A stretch of 60,021 bases of DNA from Geobacteraceae bacterium (GTDB lineage Bacteria > Desulfobacterota > Desulfuromonadia > Geobacterales > DSM-12255), in NCBI GenBank assembly GCA_043725245.1, contig JAYSLX010000045.1, forward strand, positions 1 to 60,021. Reading direction: 5' to 3'. Shown piece after piece: positions 9,891-20,565 of the stretch (positions are counted from its first letter, which is position 1; each line of letters begins with the position of its first letter). Below the pieces are notes generated by a model, which did no database searches, was not told where the DNA came from, and saw nothing but the letters and a program-made list of their open reading frames with translations. The position numbers and the translations under genes were made by a program.

Positions 9891-10757
9891 ATGGAAGATG
9901 TTTTAAAAATCGCTGTCGGCACCTTCACCATGAGGCCTTACGTTTTCGCTTTCTTTGCCGCGTATCTCTTTGTCGCAGTTCCGCACCTGGGATGGAAAAA
10001 GATAGGGCTGTTCACCATCGCAGGCTACCTTATCGCCTTTGTCTCGGAGTATGCCTCCATCAACACTGGTTTTCCCTATGGCTGGTACTACTACCTCGAT
10101 GCCACAAGGGATCGCGAACTATGGATTGCCGGGGTGCCATTCTTTGACTCCCTCTCCTATATCTTTCTTGCCTACTGCAGCTACACGACGGCCCTGTTTA
10201 TCGTATCTCCCCTCAGAGGCTGGCGCTGGAACCTGGTGACCCTTGAGACCCGCGCCATACGTTGTTCTTTCGCAGTCCTCTTCCTCGGCTCTCTGCTACA
10301 GGTCTTCCTCGACATCATCATCGACCCGGTGGCACTGCAAGGGAGTCGCTGGTTTCTTGGGCAGATCTACGGCTACCGTGAGGCCGGGGTACACTTTGGC
10401 GTGCCTCTTTCCAACTACCTCGGCTGGTGGCTGGTCGGCTTCCTCATGATCCTGGTGCTGCAGCTCATCGACCGGGTTGTGGGCCGGCAGGTTGAGCGGC
10501 CTGCCGGGGTCTACGGGATGTCGTTCCGGGCAGTCCTTGGCCCGCTACTCTATCTCTCGGTGATTATCTTCAACCTCACCATGACGCTGCTCATCGGGGA
10601 GCGTTTCATGGCGCTCACCGGGATATTGACATACATCCTGCCAGTTGCCATAGTTGCGACCCTCGTCATCCGCCGCACCAACCGCTACAGCAAGGAAGAG
10701 CTGGCTGAACACCTGCGGGATTTTCCAGCTTCTGTTGTGGGTGGCAGGAAGGGCTAG
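9891..10757 (+). CDS. carotenoid biosynthesis family (CruF/DUF422-like) membrane protein
   Basis: E..SINTGFPYGWYYY, IAGVP, DIIIDPVA and FGVPLSNYLGW motifs; multiple TM segments. Confidence 0.8.
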   Translation: MEDVLKIAVGTFTMRPYVFAFFAAYLFVAVPHLGWKKIGLFTIAGYLIAFVSEYASINTGFPYGWYYYLDATRDRELWIAGVPFFDSLSYIFLAYCSYTTALFIVSPLRGWRWNLVTLETRAIRCSFAVLFLGSLLQVFLDIIIDPVALQGSRWFLGQIYGYREAGVHFGVPLSNYLGWWLVGFLMILVLQLIDRVVGRQVERPAGVYGMSFRAVLGPLLYLSVIIFNLTMTLLIGERFMALTGILTYILPVAIVATLVIRRTNRYSKEELAEHLRDFPASVVGGRKG

Positions 10758-11515
10758 AGAGGAAGTGCAGGGAGGATGCGGCTGACTGCCTCGGATAGGC
10801 ATCTGCCTGCATGCCTGGAGTTACGGGAGAGCCGCACGAGTTGCGGGATGATCCACGGCTTACGAACCACAGAGAGAAGGACCCTCCAGATCTGCAGATT
10901 CAGTTCCCTGTTGCAGAACTCGTCCAGGCTGAAGCCCAACTCCTCACCGGCGCCGTCGCTTATGGCGCGGATTGCAATCAGAGGTATTCCTTCCTTGTTG
11001 GCAACTTGAGCTACGGCTGAGGTCTCCATTTCAACTACCGCCTGTTGTATGTCTGCTGGCATCAGTCGGACAAGTTCCTTTTTGCTGGATATTCGAGATG
11101 TCGTGATAAATGCCGCATGGTGGGCAATCGAGGGATCTCCTTTCCTGAGAAGTTCAGAGCAGAGAGTGTTTGTCTTCTGGTCGAGTCCCTGCTGTTCGCT
11201 GAAGAGTCGTTCGTGTAGGAAGAGGAGTCGGCTGGCCAGGACGATATCTCCAACCTTCAGTTCCGGAGAGAGGGCTCCGGCAAAACCGAAGTTGATTATT
11301 ATTTCCGGCCGGGCTGTGTCGATGAGCAGACGGGTGGCAGCAGTGGCATGTGTCGGACCCATGCCCGATTGCACAAGACATACGGCATGCTTACCTGCAG
11401 TGAACCGATAGACGGTTTGTTTGCCGATGCTCTCCTGCTGATAACGCCCCACAATTCGGAGGAGAGGACGGATCTCCTCCTGCATGGCCGCTACCAGACC
11501 GATATCGCTTTGCAT
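10754..11515 (-). CDS. PNP_UDP_1 nucleoside phosphorylase (HpnG / MTA-SAH nucleosidase-like)
   Basis: AAMQEE, SGMG, NFGFAGAL..GD, VEMETSAVA and IRAISD motifs. Confidence 0.85.
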   Translation of the reverse strand: MQSDIGLVAAMQEEIRPLLRIVGRYQQESIGKQTVYRFTAGKHAVCLVQSGMGPTHATAATRLLIDTARPEIIINFGFAGALSPELKVGDIVLASRLLFLHERLFSEQQGLDQKTNTLCSELLRKGDPSIAHHAAFITTSRISSKKELVRLMPADIQQAVVEMETSAVAQVANKEGIPLIAIRAISDGAGEELGFSLDEFCNRELNLQIWRVLLSVVRKPWIIPQLVRLSRNSRHAGRCLSEAVSRILPALPL

Positions 11516-11664
11516 TATAGATTATCCCCCAAGTTGTTGCCTACTCTAGCAGACCTCTCTGAAGACGGCAATCTTTCGGACAATTTTCATCTGCTGTTCG
11601 TCAAGAGAGTCCCTCAAGTATCTCTTCCCAGCTGACGATATATCATTTATCCCCGGAGGTGTTA

Positions 11665-13254
11665 ATGACCCTGCGACTGAAGGCGATTCTGTGCATAGTG
11701 ACGGTATTTTCAGCTCTTCTTTGCGGTCTTTATCTTGGTTGCGGCACATGGTTCGGCAAGAGCTATGCAAAACTCGAACAACGTGAACTCCAGGAGAGTT
11801 TCCGACGGGTTCAGGATCTGCTGGCAGGCGATCTGGAGATGCTCGGGAGCCAGGTGGGGGATTGGGCCAGCTGGGACGACGCATACAATTTTGTTGAGAC
11901 GGGTAATCCCCAATTTGTCGTCCATAACATTTCCTCAAGCAACTTCAAGGAGCTGAAGGTTCATCTGATTCTATTTGTCAACAGTGCCGGCCGTACGGTC
12001 TATGAAGGATGGTGTGACCCAAAAAGCGGCGAAATATCGGGCAGCAAGGTAAGCATTCAAAGTCATATCGGCCCTGAAAGCAAGCTCCTCAATCAAACCT
12101 TTCCCTCAAGCAGCGTCACTGGCATACTTAACCTTGCGGAAGGGCCGCTTCTTGTGGCGGCACGTCCGATTCTTCCAACCAGCCACAGTGGGGCGATTCG
12201 GGGTACCCTAATCATGGGGCGGTTTCTTGATGAGGTCGAAATTGCCAGGCTTTCTAAGGAATCACTTGTCGATTTTGCAGTCGCACGAGTGGGAGACCCG
12301 TATATGTCGCAGGAATTCGGGTCTGTGCAGAAAGTATTGACCGCAGAATCGCCTCGGCTGGTCAAGGCTTTCGGAGAGAGGGATCTGGCTCTCTACGGTT
12401 TTCAGAAGGATCTTTACGGCAAGCCCTCCTTCATATTACGCACCAGCATACGGCGAGACATACTGCGCGAGGGGAGCGAGGCAATTCGTTCATTCCGCTC
12501 TTTTCTACTGGTGGCAGGATCGGGAGCGGCACTCATTCTGACCGTACTTTTCTTCTTTTCGTGCCTTTCACGGATTGCCGCCCTTAAAATAGGGGTGTGC
12601 TTGGCATGGGTCAATGGTAAACCGGGGGATGATCTGTCGCTGAAAGGCAATGACGAATGCGGGCAGATTGGCGCCGTTGTCAATGCAATGCTTCAGTCTC
12701 TCAAAACAGGCAACAAGGAGATCGCAGACCGGGGAGCAAACAGGCTTCAGAGATTTTTCGATGAGGCGCCAACCGGTTTGTATGTTGCCGCTCCTGATGG
12801 GCGGTTACTGAACTGCAATCCTGCACTTGCCCATGCACTTGGATTTGATTCGACAACAGATGCGATTTCCGCATCAGCTGTTGCTCTTTATCCCGAAGGG
12901 TTGATGATTTCCGATTTGGAAAAGGCTTTGGTCGAGCGTACCAGGCTGATTGGACAACCGATTGACATGGCCTGCCGATCCGGTAAAAGGCTCCCCACCA
13001 TACAGAACCTTTGTGCTGTTATGGACCCGAAAGGGGGCCTTCAGGAGATCGAGGGTTATATACTGGCATATTCGGACCCTGTAGATCCACCACAGGCAGT
13101 GGACACATCTGCTGATGCAGATCCGGAACCTGAATTACTGCCCCAGGTTTCTGCTGAGATCCCTGTTGTGACTGGTGACCTTTCGGCGGATAAGGAGGGT
13201 ATGCCAGAGGAGCAGGCAGATCTGACAATCCCCAAGGAGGGTAAAACGCTCTGA
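11665..13254 (+). CDS. CHASE4-HAMP-PAS membrane sensor lacking an output domain
   Basis: TM1; DWASWDDAYNFV and RGTLIMGRFLD (CHASE4); TM2; GNDECGQIG (HAMP); FFDEAPTGLY...NCNPA (PAS); acidic tail. Confidence 0.75.
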   Translation: MTLRLKAILCIVTVFSALLCGLYLGCGTWFGKSYAKLEQRELQESFRRVQDLLAGDLEMLGSQVGDWASWDDAYNFVETGNPQFVVHNISSSNFKELKVHLILFVNSAGRTVYEGWCDPKSGEISGSKVSIQSHIGPESKLLNQTFPSSSVTGILNLAEGPLLVAARPILPTSHSGAIRGTLIMGRFLDEVEIARLSKESLVDFAVARVGDPYMSQEFGSVQKVLTAESPRLVKAFGERDLALYGFQKDLYGKPSFILRTSIRRDILREGSEAIRSFRSFLLVAGSGAALILTVLFFFSCLSRIAALKIGVCLAWVNGKPGDDLSLKGNDECGQIGAVVNAMLQSLKTGNKEIADRGANRLQRFFDEAPTGLYVAAPDGRLLNCNPALAHALGFDSTTDAISASAVALYPEGLMISDLEKALVERTRLIGQPIDMACRSGKRLPTIQNLCAVMDPKGGLQEIEGYILAYSDPVDPPQAVDTSADADPEPELLPQVSAEIPVVTGDLSADKEGMPEEQADLTIPKEGKTL

Positions 13255-13358
13255 GGTGCCAGGGCTGTGGGGTGCGCATGACTGTCTTTCCGGGTAATCC
13301 AATGTCACTGTACTTCCTCAATTCGTCCAAATCTCCGAGTTTCCGCAGCAAATTTATC

Positions 13359-13388
13359 TTGACAATCCAAAGGTTATTCACCTATATT
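13359..13388 (+). promoter_or_regulatory. sigma70-like promoter of the ffh operon
   Basis: TTGACA-18nt-TATATT upstream of ffh. Confidence 0.55.
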
Positions 13389-13466
13389 CAATCCCTTATG
13401 AGTGGCTAACTACGTCCGTAATCCGGCCTTGTGCGCGGATAGAGCGTAAACCTGTATAGGAATTGA

Positions 13467-14822
13467 ATGTTCGAGAATCTTTCCGACAAGTTGGAATCGG
13501 TTTTTAAAAAGCTCCGCGGCCAGGGGGTTATGACCGAAGATAATATCAAGGATGCCTTGCGCGAGGTACGCCTGGTACTGCTTGAGGCTGACGTCAACTT
13601 CAAGGTTGTGAAGGAGTTTGTCGAGAAGGTACGTGTTCGTGCGGTTGGGACCCAAGTCCTGCAGAGCCTTACCCCTGGTCAGCAGGTGGTAAAGATCGTT
13701 CACGAGGAACTGGTCTCCCTTATGGGGGGGGACGAGGACAACAGCCTTGACCTTGCGGCAAAACCTCCGGTCTCCATCATGATGGTGGGACTGCAAGGAG
13801 CAGGCAAGACAACTTCCTGCGGGAAGCTGGCGCGTCATCTCAAGGGCCTGCGCCGCAATCCGCTCCTGGTGCCTGCCGATGTCTACCGACCTGCAGCTAT
13901 CGAGCAGCTGAAGACACTTGGAAAGCAGCTGGGAATAGAGACCTATGACTCCAGAGCCGATCAGGATCCGGTGGCGATCTGCAAGGAAGCCCTCCGTTTT
14001 GCTGAACTCAACGGCTTTGATACGGTAATCCTCGATACTGCTGGTCGTCACCAGATTGACGACTATCTGATGACCGAGCTGGTACGTATAAGGGATGAGG
14101 TTCAGCCTCGTGAGATACTCTTCGTCGCGGACGCCATGACTGGCCAGGAAGCGGTAAACGTGGCCAGCGGCTTCAACGAGCGGCTCGAGATCTCTGGTGT
14201 GGTGCTCACAAAGCTGGATGGTGATGCTAAGGGTGGTGCTGCCCTCTCCATCAAAGCTGTTTGTGGAAAACCGATCAAGTTTGTAGGTGTTGGTGAAAAA
14301 CTGGACGCACTTGAGGTCTTTCATGCAGATCGACTGGTGTCACGTATCCTTGGTATGGGAGATGTGCTGACACTGGTCGAAAAGGCCCAGTCGGTCTTCA
14401 ATGAGAAGGAAGCGGAAAGCCTCAAGCAGAAATTCAAGAAGAATCAGTTCGACCTTGAGGATTTTAAGAGTCAGCTTCAGCAGATCAAGAAGATGGGGTC
14501 GCTTGAATCCATCATGGGTATGATCCCCGGCATGGGGAAGATGATGAAGCAGATGGGAAATGCTCAGCCGAGTGAGCAGGAGATGAAGCGGGTCGAGGCG
14601 ATCATTGACTCCATGACCCGTGGGGAGAGGGCCAATCACGCCATTATAAACGGCAGCCGTCGTCTCAGGATTGCCAAGGGCAGTGGTACCTCGGTTCAGG
14701 AGGTCAACCAGCTCCTTAAGCGCTTCACCGAGGCCCAGAAGGTGATGAAGCAGCTGCAGAAGCTGGGACCAAAGGGACTTATGAGGGGAATGGGCGGTAT
14801 GCGCGGCATGCTCCCCTTTTAA
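13467..14822 (+). CDS. ffh: signal recognition particle protein
   Basis: GLQGAGKTT, DTAGR and TKLDGDAKGG motifs; Met-rich M domain. Confidence 0.99.
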   Translation: MFENLSDKLESVFKKLRGQGVMTEDNIKDALREVRLVLLEADVNFKVVKEFVEKVRVRAVGTQVLQSLTPGQQVVKIVHEELVSLMGGDEDNSLDLAAKPPVSIMMVGLQGAGKTTSCGKLARHLKGLRRNPLLVPADVYRPAAIEQLKTLGKQLGIETYDSRADQDPVAICKEALRFAELNGFDTVILDTAGRHQIDDYLMTELVRIRDEVQPREILFVADAMTGQEAVNVASGFNERLEISGVVLTKLDGDAKGGAALSIKAVCGKPIKFVGVGEKLDALEVFHADRLVSRILGMGDVLTLVEKAQSVFNEKEAESLKQKFKKNQFDLEDFKSQLQQIKKMGSLESIMGMIPGMGKMMKQMGNAQPSEQEMKRVEAIIDSMTRGERANHAIINGSRRLRIAKGSGTSVQEVNQLLKRFTEAQKVMKQLQKLGPKGLMRGMGGMRGMLPF

Positions 14823-14870
14823 CTGACAATAAACCAGATCGACACAACGTCGACAATCAGGAGGAAGACA

Positions 14871-15140
14871 ATGGCAGTAAAAATCAGACTTCAACGTGGT
14901 GGCGCCAAAAAGAAGCCCTTTTATCAGATCGTCGTGACCGACGAGCGGAGCAGGCGCGACGGTCGCTTCATCGAGAACGTAGGGACATACGATCCTAACC
15001 AGAACCCTGCTGCTGTCCGTTTCGAAGAGGCTCAGACGCTGGAATGGCTCAGCAAAGGCGCCCAGCCGACCAATACCGTCAAGCAGATGCTCAAGACGAC
15101 CGGTATCTGGACCAAGTTCGTTGCTAAGGCGGCTGCATAG
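14871..15140 (+). CDS. rpsP: 30S ribosomal protein S16
   Basis: [25 protein letters not shown] and GAQPT motifs. Confidence 0.99.
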   Translation: MAVKIRLQRGGAKKKPFYQIVVTDERSRRDGRFIENVGTYDPNQNPAAVRFEEAQTLEWLSKGAQPTNTVKQMLKTTGIWTKFVAKAAA

Positions 15141-15213
15141 CCAAGATACTATAAGCATACATGGTCTGTTGCCCCGGCCCGCCGGACATCCTATACCTAC
15201 AGAGGAAACCGAC

Positions 15214-15444
15214 ATGAGACAGCTCGTAGAGACCATCGCGAAGGCACTTGTTGACGATCCCAGCCAGGTCAGAACCAGTGAGGAGTTCGAGGAGGACACC
15301 TTGGTGATCAAGCTGACGGTGGCCAAGGAGGATATGGGTAGGATCATCGGCAAGGAAGGCCGGACCGCAAAGGCCGTTAGGACGCTGCTCAATGCTGTTT
15401 CTACTAAGGACAACAAGAAAGCGATCCTCAAGATTGTCGAGTGA
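15214..15444 (+). CDS. khpA: KH-domain RNA-binding protein KhpA
   Basis: DMGRIIGKEGRTAKAVR motif; located between rpsP and rimM. Confidence 0.93.
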   Translation: MRQLVETIAKALVDDPSQVRTSEEFEEDTLVIKLTVAKEDMGRIIGKEGRTAKAVRTLLNAVSTKDNKKAILKIVE

Positions 15445-15965
15445 TGGTGCAGCGTGACGATCTGATCATTCTGGGGAAGGTGGTCGGCACCCACGGGATC
15501 AGAGGGGAATTACGGATCGCCTGTTATTCAGGCGAGTATGACACCCTGATTGGTCTCCGTGAGCTGCTGCTCCGGGGAGCGCAGGGTGAACTGCTGGAGA
15601 TACCGATTTCTTCGGTGAGGCTTCATAGTGGTAAGGCCCTGGTAAAACTGAGTCAGTACGATGACATCAATGCCGTGAATCATCTTGTGGGGCGCGATGT
15701 GGTTGTGTCCCGCAGTCAGTTGCCGGAACTTGAAGATGACGAATACTACTGGTATGACCTTATAGGGCTCCGCGTACTCACGGAGAGTGGTGAAGAGCTT
15801 GGCACGCTTGCTGAAATATTCGCCACCGGCAGCAACGACGTTTATGTTGTGAGGAGCGGGAAACGGGAGTATATGATTCCCGCTCTTGAGGATGTGGTCA
15901 GTGAGATCAACCTTGCCGCAGGAACCATGAAGGTAAGCCCGATGGAAGGGCTTCTCGATCTATGA
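15444..15965 (+). CDS. rimM: 16S rRNA processing factor RimM
   Basis: [18 protein letters not shown] and TGSNDVYVV motifs. Confidence 0.97.
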   Translation: MVQRDDLIILGKVVGTHGIRGELRIACYSGEYDTLIGLRELLLRGAQGELLEIPISSVRLHSGKALVKLSQYDDINAVNHLVGRDVVVSRSQLPELEDDEYYWYDLIGLRVLTESGEELGTLAEIFATGSNDVYVVRSGKREYMIPALEDVVSEINLAAGTMKVSPMEGLLDL

Positions 15966-16702
15966 AATTCGATGTTTTGACACTCTTCCCCGGAATGTTT
16001 ACCGGCCCGCTGGACGAGAGCATTATCGGTCGCGCAATTGGCCGTGGACTGCTCCAGATGAGGATCCACAACATCCGTGATTACGCCGTTGACCGTCACA
16101 AGACAGTTGACGATGCACCTTACGGTGGCGGTGCCGGAATGGTTATGAAGGTGGAGCCGCTGATTGCATGCATAGAGCAGGTCAAGGCCCAGCGGCCCGA
16201 TGCTACAGTGCTTCTTACTTCACCGCGGGGCGTACCGTTCACTCAGCGATTCGCTGCAGAGCTGGCAGTGAAGCCTGAGCTGATTATAGTCTGCGGTCGT
16301 TACGAAGGTGTGGATGAGCGGGTAACAGAGCTCTGCATTGACCATGAGGTTTCGCTTGGCGATTTTGTCCTGACCGGTGGTGAACTTGCTGCGATGCTCA
16401 TAGTCGATGCGGTTGGGAGGCTGGTGCCCGGGGTCCTTGGGTGTGAAACTTCGGCCCATGACGAATCTTTTTCAGATGGCCTGCTGGAGTACCCACAGTA
16501 TACTCGACCACCTGAGTTTAGAGGTCTTGCGGTACCTGAAGTGCTGCTTTCCGGAGACCACAGTAAGGTTGCACTCTGGCGTCGCCGTCAGGCGATTCTC
16601 AGAACGCTGGCTGTGCGGCCTGAGCTCCTCGCGCGGGTCGAGCTTACCACGGCTGAACGGGAAATAGTTGCAAAAGCCCTGGGGAGTGACAGTGTCCATT
16701 GA
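15962..16702 (+). CDS. trmD: tRNA (guanine-N1)-methyltransferase
   Basis: [33 protein letters not shown] and LEYPQYTRP motifs. Confidence 0.99.
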   Translation: MKFDVLTLFPGMFTGPLDESIIGRAIGRGLLQMRIHNIRDYAVDRHKTVDDAPYGGGAGMVMKVEPLIACIEQVKAQRPDATVLLTSPRGVPFTQRFAAELAVKPELIIVCGRYEGVDERVTELCIDHEVSLGDFVLTGGELAAMLIVDAVGRLVPGVLGCETSAHDESFSDGLLEYPQYTRPPEFRGLAVPEVLLSGDHSKVALWRRRQAILRTLAVRPELLARVELTTAEREIVAKALGSDSVH

Positions 16703-17270
16703 CACCCCAGATGCCGGCCGGGTTGCCATTGCCCTTCTGCATTATCCGGTATACGACAAGAACCATCGGGTTGTTACCACGGCTGTCACCAATCTGGACC
16801 TCCACGATATAGCAAGGGCTGCACGAACCTTTGGGCTCTGCCGCTACTACGTGGTGACACCAGTTCCACTTCAGCATGCGCTGGCTGAGCGAATCCGCCT
16901 GCATTGGCTGGAAGGGTGGGGGGCCGGCTATAACGCATGTCGCAAAGAGGCCATGGAGTCGATGCGGGTTGTATCGACACTTGACGATGCAGTGGCTGAT
17001 ATGATAGAGATTTTCGGAAACCGGCCTCTGCTGGCGGTAACCGGCGCAAGGGGCAGGGCCGATGCCGTCGAAACATCCCAGCTGCGGGAACGGTTGAACA
17101 CCCAGGAGAACCCTTTACTACTGATGTTCGGCACCGGATGGGGGCTGACCGAAGATCTTTTCGATCGTGCAGATCTGGTGCTAGAGCCGATTCTGGGGAA
17201 CAGTGACTATAATCATCTATCGGTCCGTTCTGCAGTTTCAATATACCTGGACCGTTTGTTTGGAAGGTAA
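16692..17270 (+). CDS. SPOUT-family RNA methyltransferase (TrmD-associated, DUF2168-type)
   Basis: [26 protein letters not shown] and YNHLSVRSA motifs. Confidence 0.88.
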   Translation: MSIDTPDAGRVAIALLHYPVYDKNHRVVTTAVTNLDLHDIARAARTFGLCRYYVVTPVPLQHALAERIRLHWLEGWGAGYNACRKEAMESMRVVSTLDDAVADMIEIFGNRPLLAVTGARGRADAVETSQLRERLNTQENPLLLMFGTGWGLTEDLFDRADLVLEPILGNSDYNHLSVRSAVSIYLDRLFGR

Positions 17271-17334
17271 TGACGCGTAGAATCCCGAAACGAAACAAAC
17301 AATGACAAGCTATCATAGAGGAGGAAGGACAAAG

Positions 17335-17694
17335 ATGAACAGAATAGATTATCTTGAAATGGAACAGATGAAAAAGAATGTGGCTCCCTTCAAACCGGGC
17401 GATACCGTGAAGGTACACGTGAAGATCGTAGAAGGAGACAAGAGTCGTATACAGGCTTTCCAGGGAGTTGTGATCTCCAAGCAGAACGGTGGTATCAGTG
17501 AGTCGTTTACGGTTCGAAAGATCTCCAACGGTGTTGGCGTAGAGAGGATATTCCCGATCCACTCCCCCACCATAGAGACTATCGAGGTGATTACCCGCGG
17601 CCAGGTCCGCCGCGCCAAGCTCTACTACCTGCGCAAACTACGCGGCAAGGCTGCAAGGATTCGTGAGAAGAAGTATGTAGCAGTAGCCAAGTGA
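17335..17694 (+). CDS. rplS: 50S ribosomal protein L19
   Basis: [20 protein letters not shown] and [10 protein letters not shown] motifs. Confidence 0.99.
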   Translation: MNRIDYLEMEQMKKNVAPFKPGDTVKVHVKIVEGDKSRIQAFQGVVISKQNGGISESFTVRKISNGVGVERIFPIHSPTIETIEVITRGQVRRAKLYYLRKLRGKAARIREKKYVAVAK

Positions 17695-17696
17695 TG

Positions 17697-17729
17697 AAAA
17701 GCCCCGGGAGACCACCGGGGCTTTTTTTA
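17697..17729 (+). terminator. intrinsic terminator after rplS
   Basis: aaaagccccgg-gagacca-ccggggctttttttt. Confidence 0.9.
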
Positions 17730-17745
17730 TTATGATGTGGGATCG

Positions 17746-18408
17746 ATGAATCTCGAACTCTTTGAAACGGACAACACAGAGCGTGACCTGTTTGCCTTTG
17801 AGACCTTAGCCCGGAGGCAGGGTTACCGGATCATAGCCGGTGTAGATGAGGCAGGACGTGGTCCTTTGGCCGGCCCTGTTGTAGCTGCGGCGGTGATCCT
17901 GTCCCCTGGAAAGGAGATTCAGGGACTCGACGACTCCAAGAAGCTCTCTCCTTCCCGCCGCGAGTCCCTTTTTGAAGATATCCATGCGTTTGCCATGGCC
18001 ATTGGCGTGGGTATGGCAAACCATGAATCAATCGACCGGATAAATATTCTGCAGGCCACACTTGTTGCCATGCGTCAGGCAGTTGCTGCTCTTGAACCAT
18101 CTCCGGATTATCTCCTAATTGACGGCATCAGTTCCATCCCCATCAGCATTATGCAGAAGACCATCAAGAAGGGTGATAGCCTTTCCGCATCCATTGCCGC
18201 TGCCTCTATCATAGCCAAGGTGACAAGGGACCGGTTGATGGAAGAGTATGACCGGTCATACCCCGGCTACGGTTTTGCCGGACACAAGGGATATGGCTCT
18301 GCCTCACATCTTGCCGCTATTGCGAGGCTGGGTCCATGTCCCATTCATAGGAAGACCTTCCGCGGGGTCAAGGAACATCTGAACGTTCGAACAGTAATTG
18401 CGGAGTAG
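17746..18408 (+). CDS. rnhB: ribonuclease HII
   Basis: GVDEAGRGPLAGPVVAAAV, DSKKL, IAAASIIAKVTRD and HKGY motifs. Confidence 0.98.
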   Translation: MNLELFETDNTERDLFAFETLARRQGYRIIAGVDEAGRGPLAGPVVAAAVILSPGKEIQGLDDSKKLSPSRRESLFEDIHAFAMAIGVGMANHESIDRINILQATLVAMRQAVAALEPSPDYLLIDGISSIPISIMQKTIKKGDSLSASIAAASIIAKVTRDRLMEEYDRSYPGYGFAGHKGYGSASHLAAIARLGPCPIHRKTFRGVKEHLNVRTVIAE

Positions 18409-18422
18409 CAACCGGGGAATAC

Positions 18423-18800
18423 GTGGAAAAGCATTGTGACAATAAGACCCTTGGAGCATATGGCGAGGAACTGGCGACTGACTACCTGATCGCCAAGGGC
18501 TACGCTATCGTCGAACGGAACTACCGCTGCAAGGGGGGCGAAGTGGATATCGTTGCCAAGGAGGGGAGGACACTCGTCTTTGTTGAGGTGAAAACCCGCC
18601 GGAGCCTTTCATTCGGTGTTCCGCAGCTTGCCGTCACTCCATTTAAGCAGCGTCAGATCATGAAGGCGGCCCTTACCTGGCTGGCGAAGCATCGACTACA
18701 TGATGCAGCAGCCCGTTTCGATGTCGTGGCGATTACGCTCCGAAACAATTCAGACCCTGCTGTTGAGCATATCTGCAATGCCTTCGATCTTGCATACTGA
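18423..18800 (+). CDS. yraN: YraN family protein
   Basis: GEELA, ERNYRCKGGEVDIVA, VFVEVKTR and RFDVV motifs. Confidence 0.95.
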   Translation: MEKHCDNKTLGAYGEELATDYLIAKGYAIVERNYRCKGGEVDIVAKEGRTLVFVEVKTRRSLSFGVPQLAVTPFKQRQIMKAALTWLAKHRLHDAAARFDVVAITLRNNSDPAVEHICNAFDLAY

Positions 18801-18868
18801 CAAGGTTCCGGCCATTGCAAACCCTTCACTCCTGTGGTACCGTTAGCGAAAATCTTTCGGAGTACTCC

Positions 18869-19732
18869 ATGGACTTCACCGTTGCCCTTGCCCAGATAAA
18901 ACCGAAGCTAGGCTGTGTCGCCGATAACCTGGCCGTCATCGAGGCTTCCGTGGAGCGCGCCATTGCTGCTGGTGCTCAATTGGTTCTTTTTCCGGAACTG
19001 GCGCTCACCGGCTATTTCCTCAAGGATCTGGTGCCCGAAGTCGCCCTTTCCGTAGAGTCCCCGGAGATCGTTCGTCTAGCTGCACTCTCCCGATATATAG
19101 ACATTGCTGTCGGTCTGGTGGAAGTCTCCCGCGACTATCGTTTCTTCAATACCGCCCTTTATTTTGAAGACGGGATTATCCGTCACCGCCACCGCAAGGT
19201 CTATCTGCCCACCTATGGTCTCTTTGACGAGCAGCGCTACCTGGCCTCCGGAGACCGCTTTCGTGCATTCGACACGAAATTCGGAAGATTCGGGATGCTC
19301 GTCTGCGAGGATATGTGGCACCTCTCGGCCAGCTACATACTGGCCATGGACGGTGCAACCACGCTCCTCTGTCTGTCGAGCAGCCCTGGTCGAGGTGTTG
19401 CGTCGGATGAAGGGTTGGGCTCCGCAAAGGCCTGGCAGCGTCTCACTTCAACAACTGCCATGTTCCTCTCATGTCGGGTCCTCTTTTGCAACCGGGTTGG
19501 ATACGAAGACGGAGTCAATTTCTGGGGCGGCTCAGAAGTGGTCAGGCCGTGTGGCGATGTGGCAGCCAGGGGGAAGCTCCTGAATGAGGACATGGTCGTG
19601 ACAAGGGTGGAGGAGGGCGAACTCAGGCGTGAGCGGATATGTGCGCCGCTTCTTCGGGACGAGAACCTTAACCTGACCATGGGCGAACTCAGGCGGATCA
19701 AGGCGACACGGGGGGCGAGCGATGTCGACTGA
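18869..19732 (+). CDS. nitrilase-fold amidohydrolase, probable glutaminase subunit for NadE
   Basis: E-K-C triad in [20 protein letters not shown] and VCEDMW; overlaps nadE. Confidence 0.85.
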   Translation: MDFTVALAQIKPKLGCVADNLAVIEASVERAIAAGAQLVLFPELALTGYFLKDLVPEVALSVESPEIVRLAALSRYIDIAVGLVEVSRDYRFFNTALYFEDGIIRHRHRKVYLPTYGLFDEQRYLASGDRFRAFDTKFGRFGMLVCEDMWHLSASYILAMDGATTLLCLSSSPGRGVASDEGLGSAKAWQRLTSTTAMFLSCRVLFCNRVGYEDGVNFWGGSEVVRPCGDVAARGKLLNEDMVVTRVEEGELRRERICAPLLRDENLNLTMGELRRIKATRGASDVD

Positions 19733-20564
19733 AAACGATACGACAACAGTGCTTGCCATTAACGCTAAACTGGTCCGCCAGATACTTGTCGGGTTTCTCC
19801 GCGAAGAGGTCCATAAGGTTGGCCTCAAGAGGGCGGTGCTGGGGCTCTCCGGCGGGATCGATTCCGCATTGGTGGCCCATCTGGCGGCCGAGGCCCTGGG
19901 GCCGGAGAACGTTCTGGCCATTATTATGCCGTACAGTGCGAGCAATCCCCAGAGCGAGTCCCACGCACGCCTCGTAGCGGAAGGAGTGGGGATCGAGCAT
20001 CAGGTTATTGAGATAACCCCGATGGTGGACGCCTATTTCGAGATGTTTCCGGATGCAGATTCCATGCGTCGTGGAAACAAGATGGCACGCGAGCGGATGA
20101 CCATTCTTTTCGATCACTCTGCTGCCCGGTCAGCACTGGTTCTCGGCACCAGCAACAAGACAGAGCTCCTGCTCGGTTACGGAACCCTCTACGGAGACAT
20201 GGCAAGTGCCTTAAACCCCATTGGCGACCTCTACAAAACCCAGGTATGGCAACTCTCTGAGGAGATGGGTGTACCTGCGGTAGTCATCGACAAGAAGCCA
20301 TCCGCAGACCTGTGGGCCGGCCAGACAGACGAGCAGGAACTTGGTTTTACCTACCGCGCAGTCGATGAACTCCTCTACAAGATGATAGATCTCCGTATGA
20401 GCGGCGATGAGCTGCTTGCGTACGGCTTTGAACCGGATTTTATTGCCCAGGTATACAACAAGGTCCAGAATTCACATTTCAAGCGCCGCCTTCCGGTCAT
20501 TGCAAAAGTATCAAACAGGACGATTGACAGGGATTTCAGGTATTCAAGAGATTGGGGGAAATAG
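19722..20564 (+). CDS. nadE: NAD+ synthetase
   Basis: [31 protein letters not shown] and PSADL motifs. Confidence 0.97.
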   Translation: MSTENDTTTVLAINAKLVRQILVGFLREEVHKVGLKRAVLGLSGGIDSALVAHLAAEALGPENVLAIIMPYSASNPQSESHARLVAEGVGIEHQVIEITPMVDAYFEMFPDADSMRRGNKMARERMTILFDHSAARSALVLGTSNKTELLLGYGTLYGDMASALNPIGDLYKTQVWQLSEEMGVPAVVIDKKPSADLWAGQTDEQELGFTYRAVDELLYKMIDLRMSGDELLAYGFEPDFIAQVYNKVQNSHFKRRLPVIAKVSNRTIDRDFRYSRDWGK

Positions 20565-20565
20565 G

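Noticed and set aside
13410-15494. Long minus-strand ORFs (304 and 384 aa)
   Set aside because: Antisense to ffh, rpsP and khpA; codon-bias shadow ORFs
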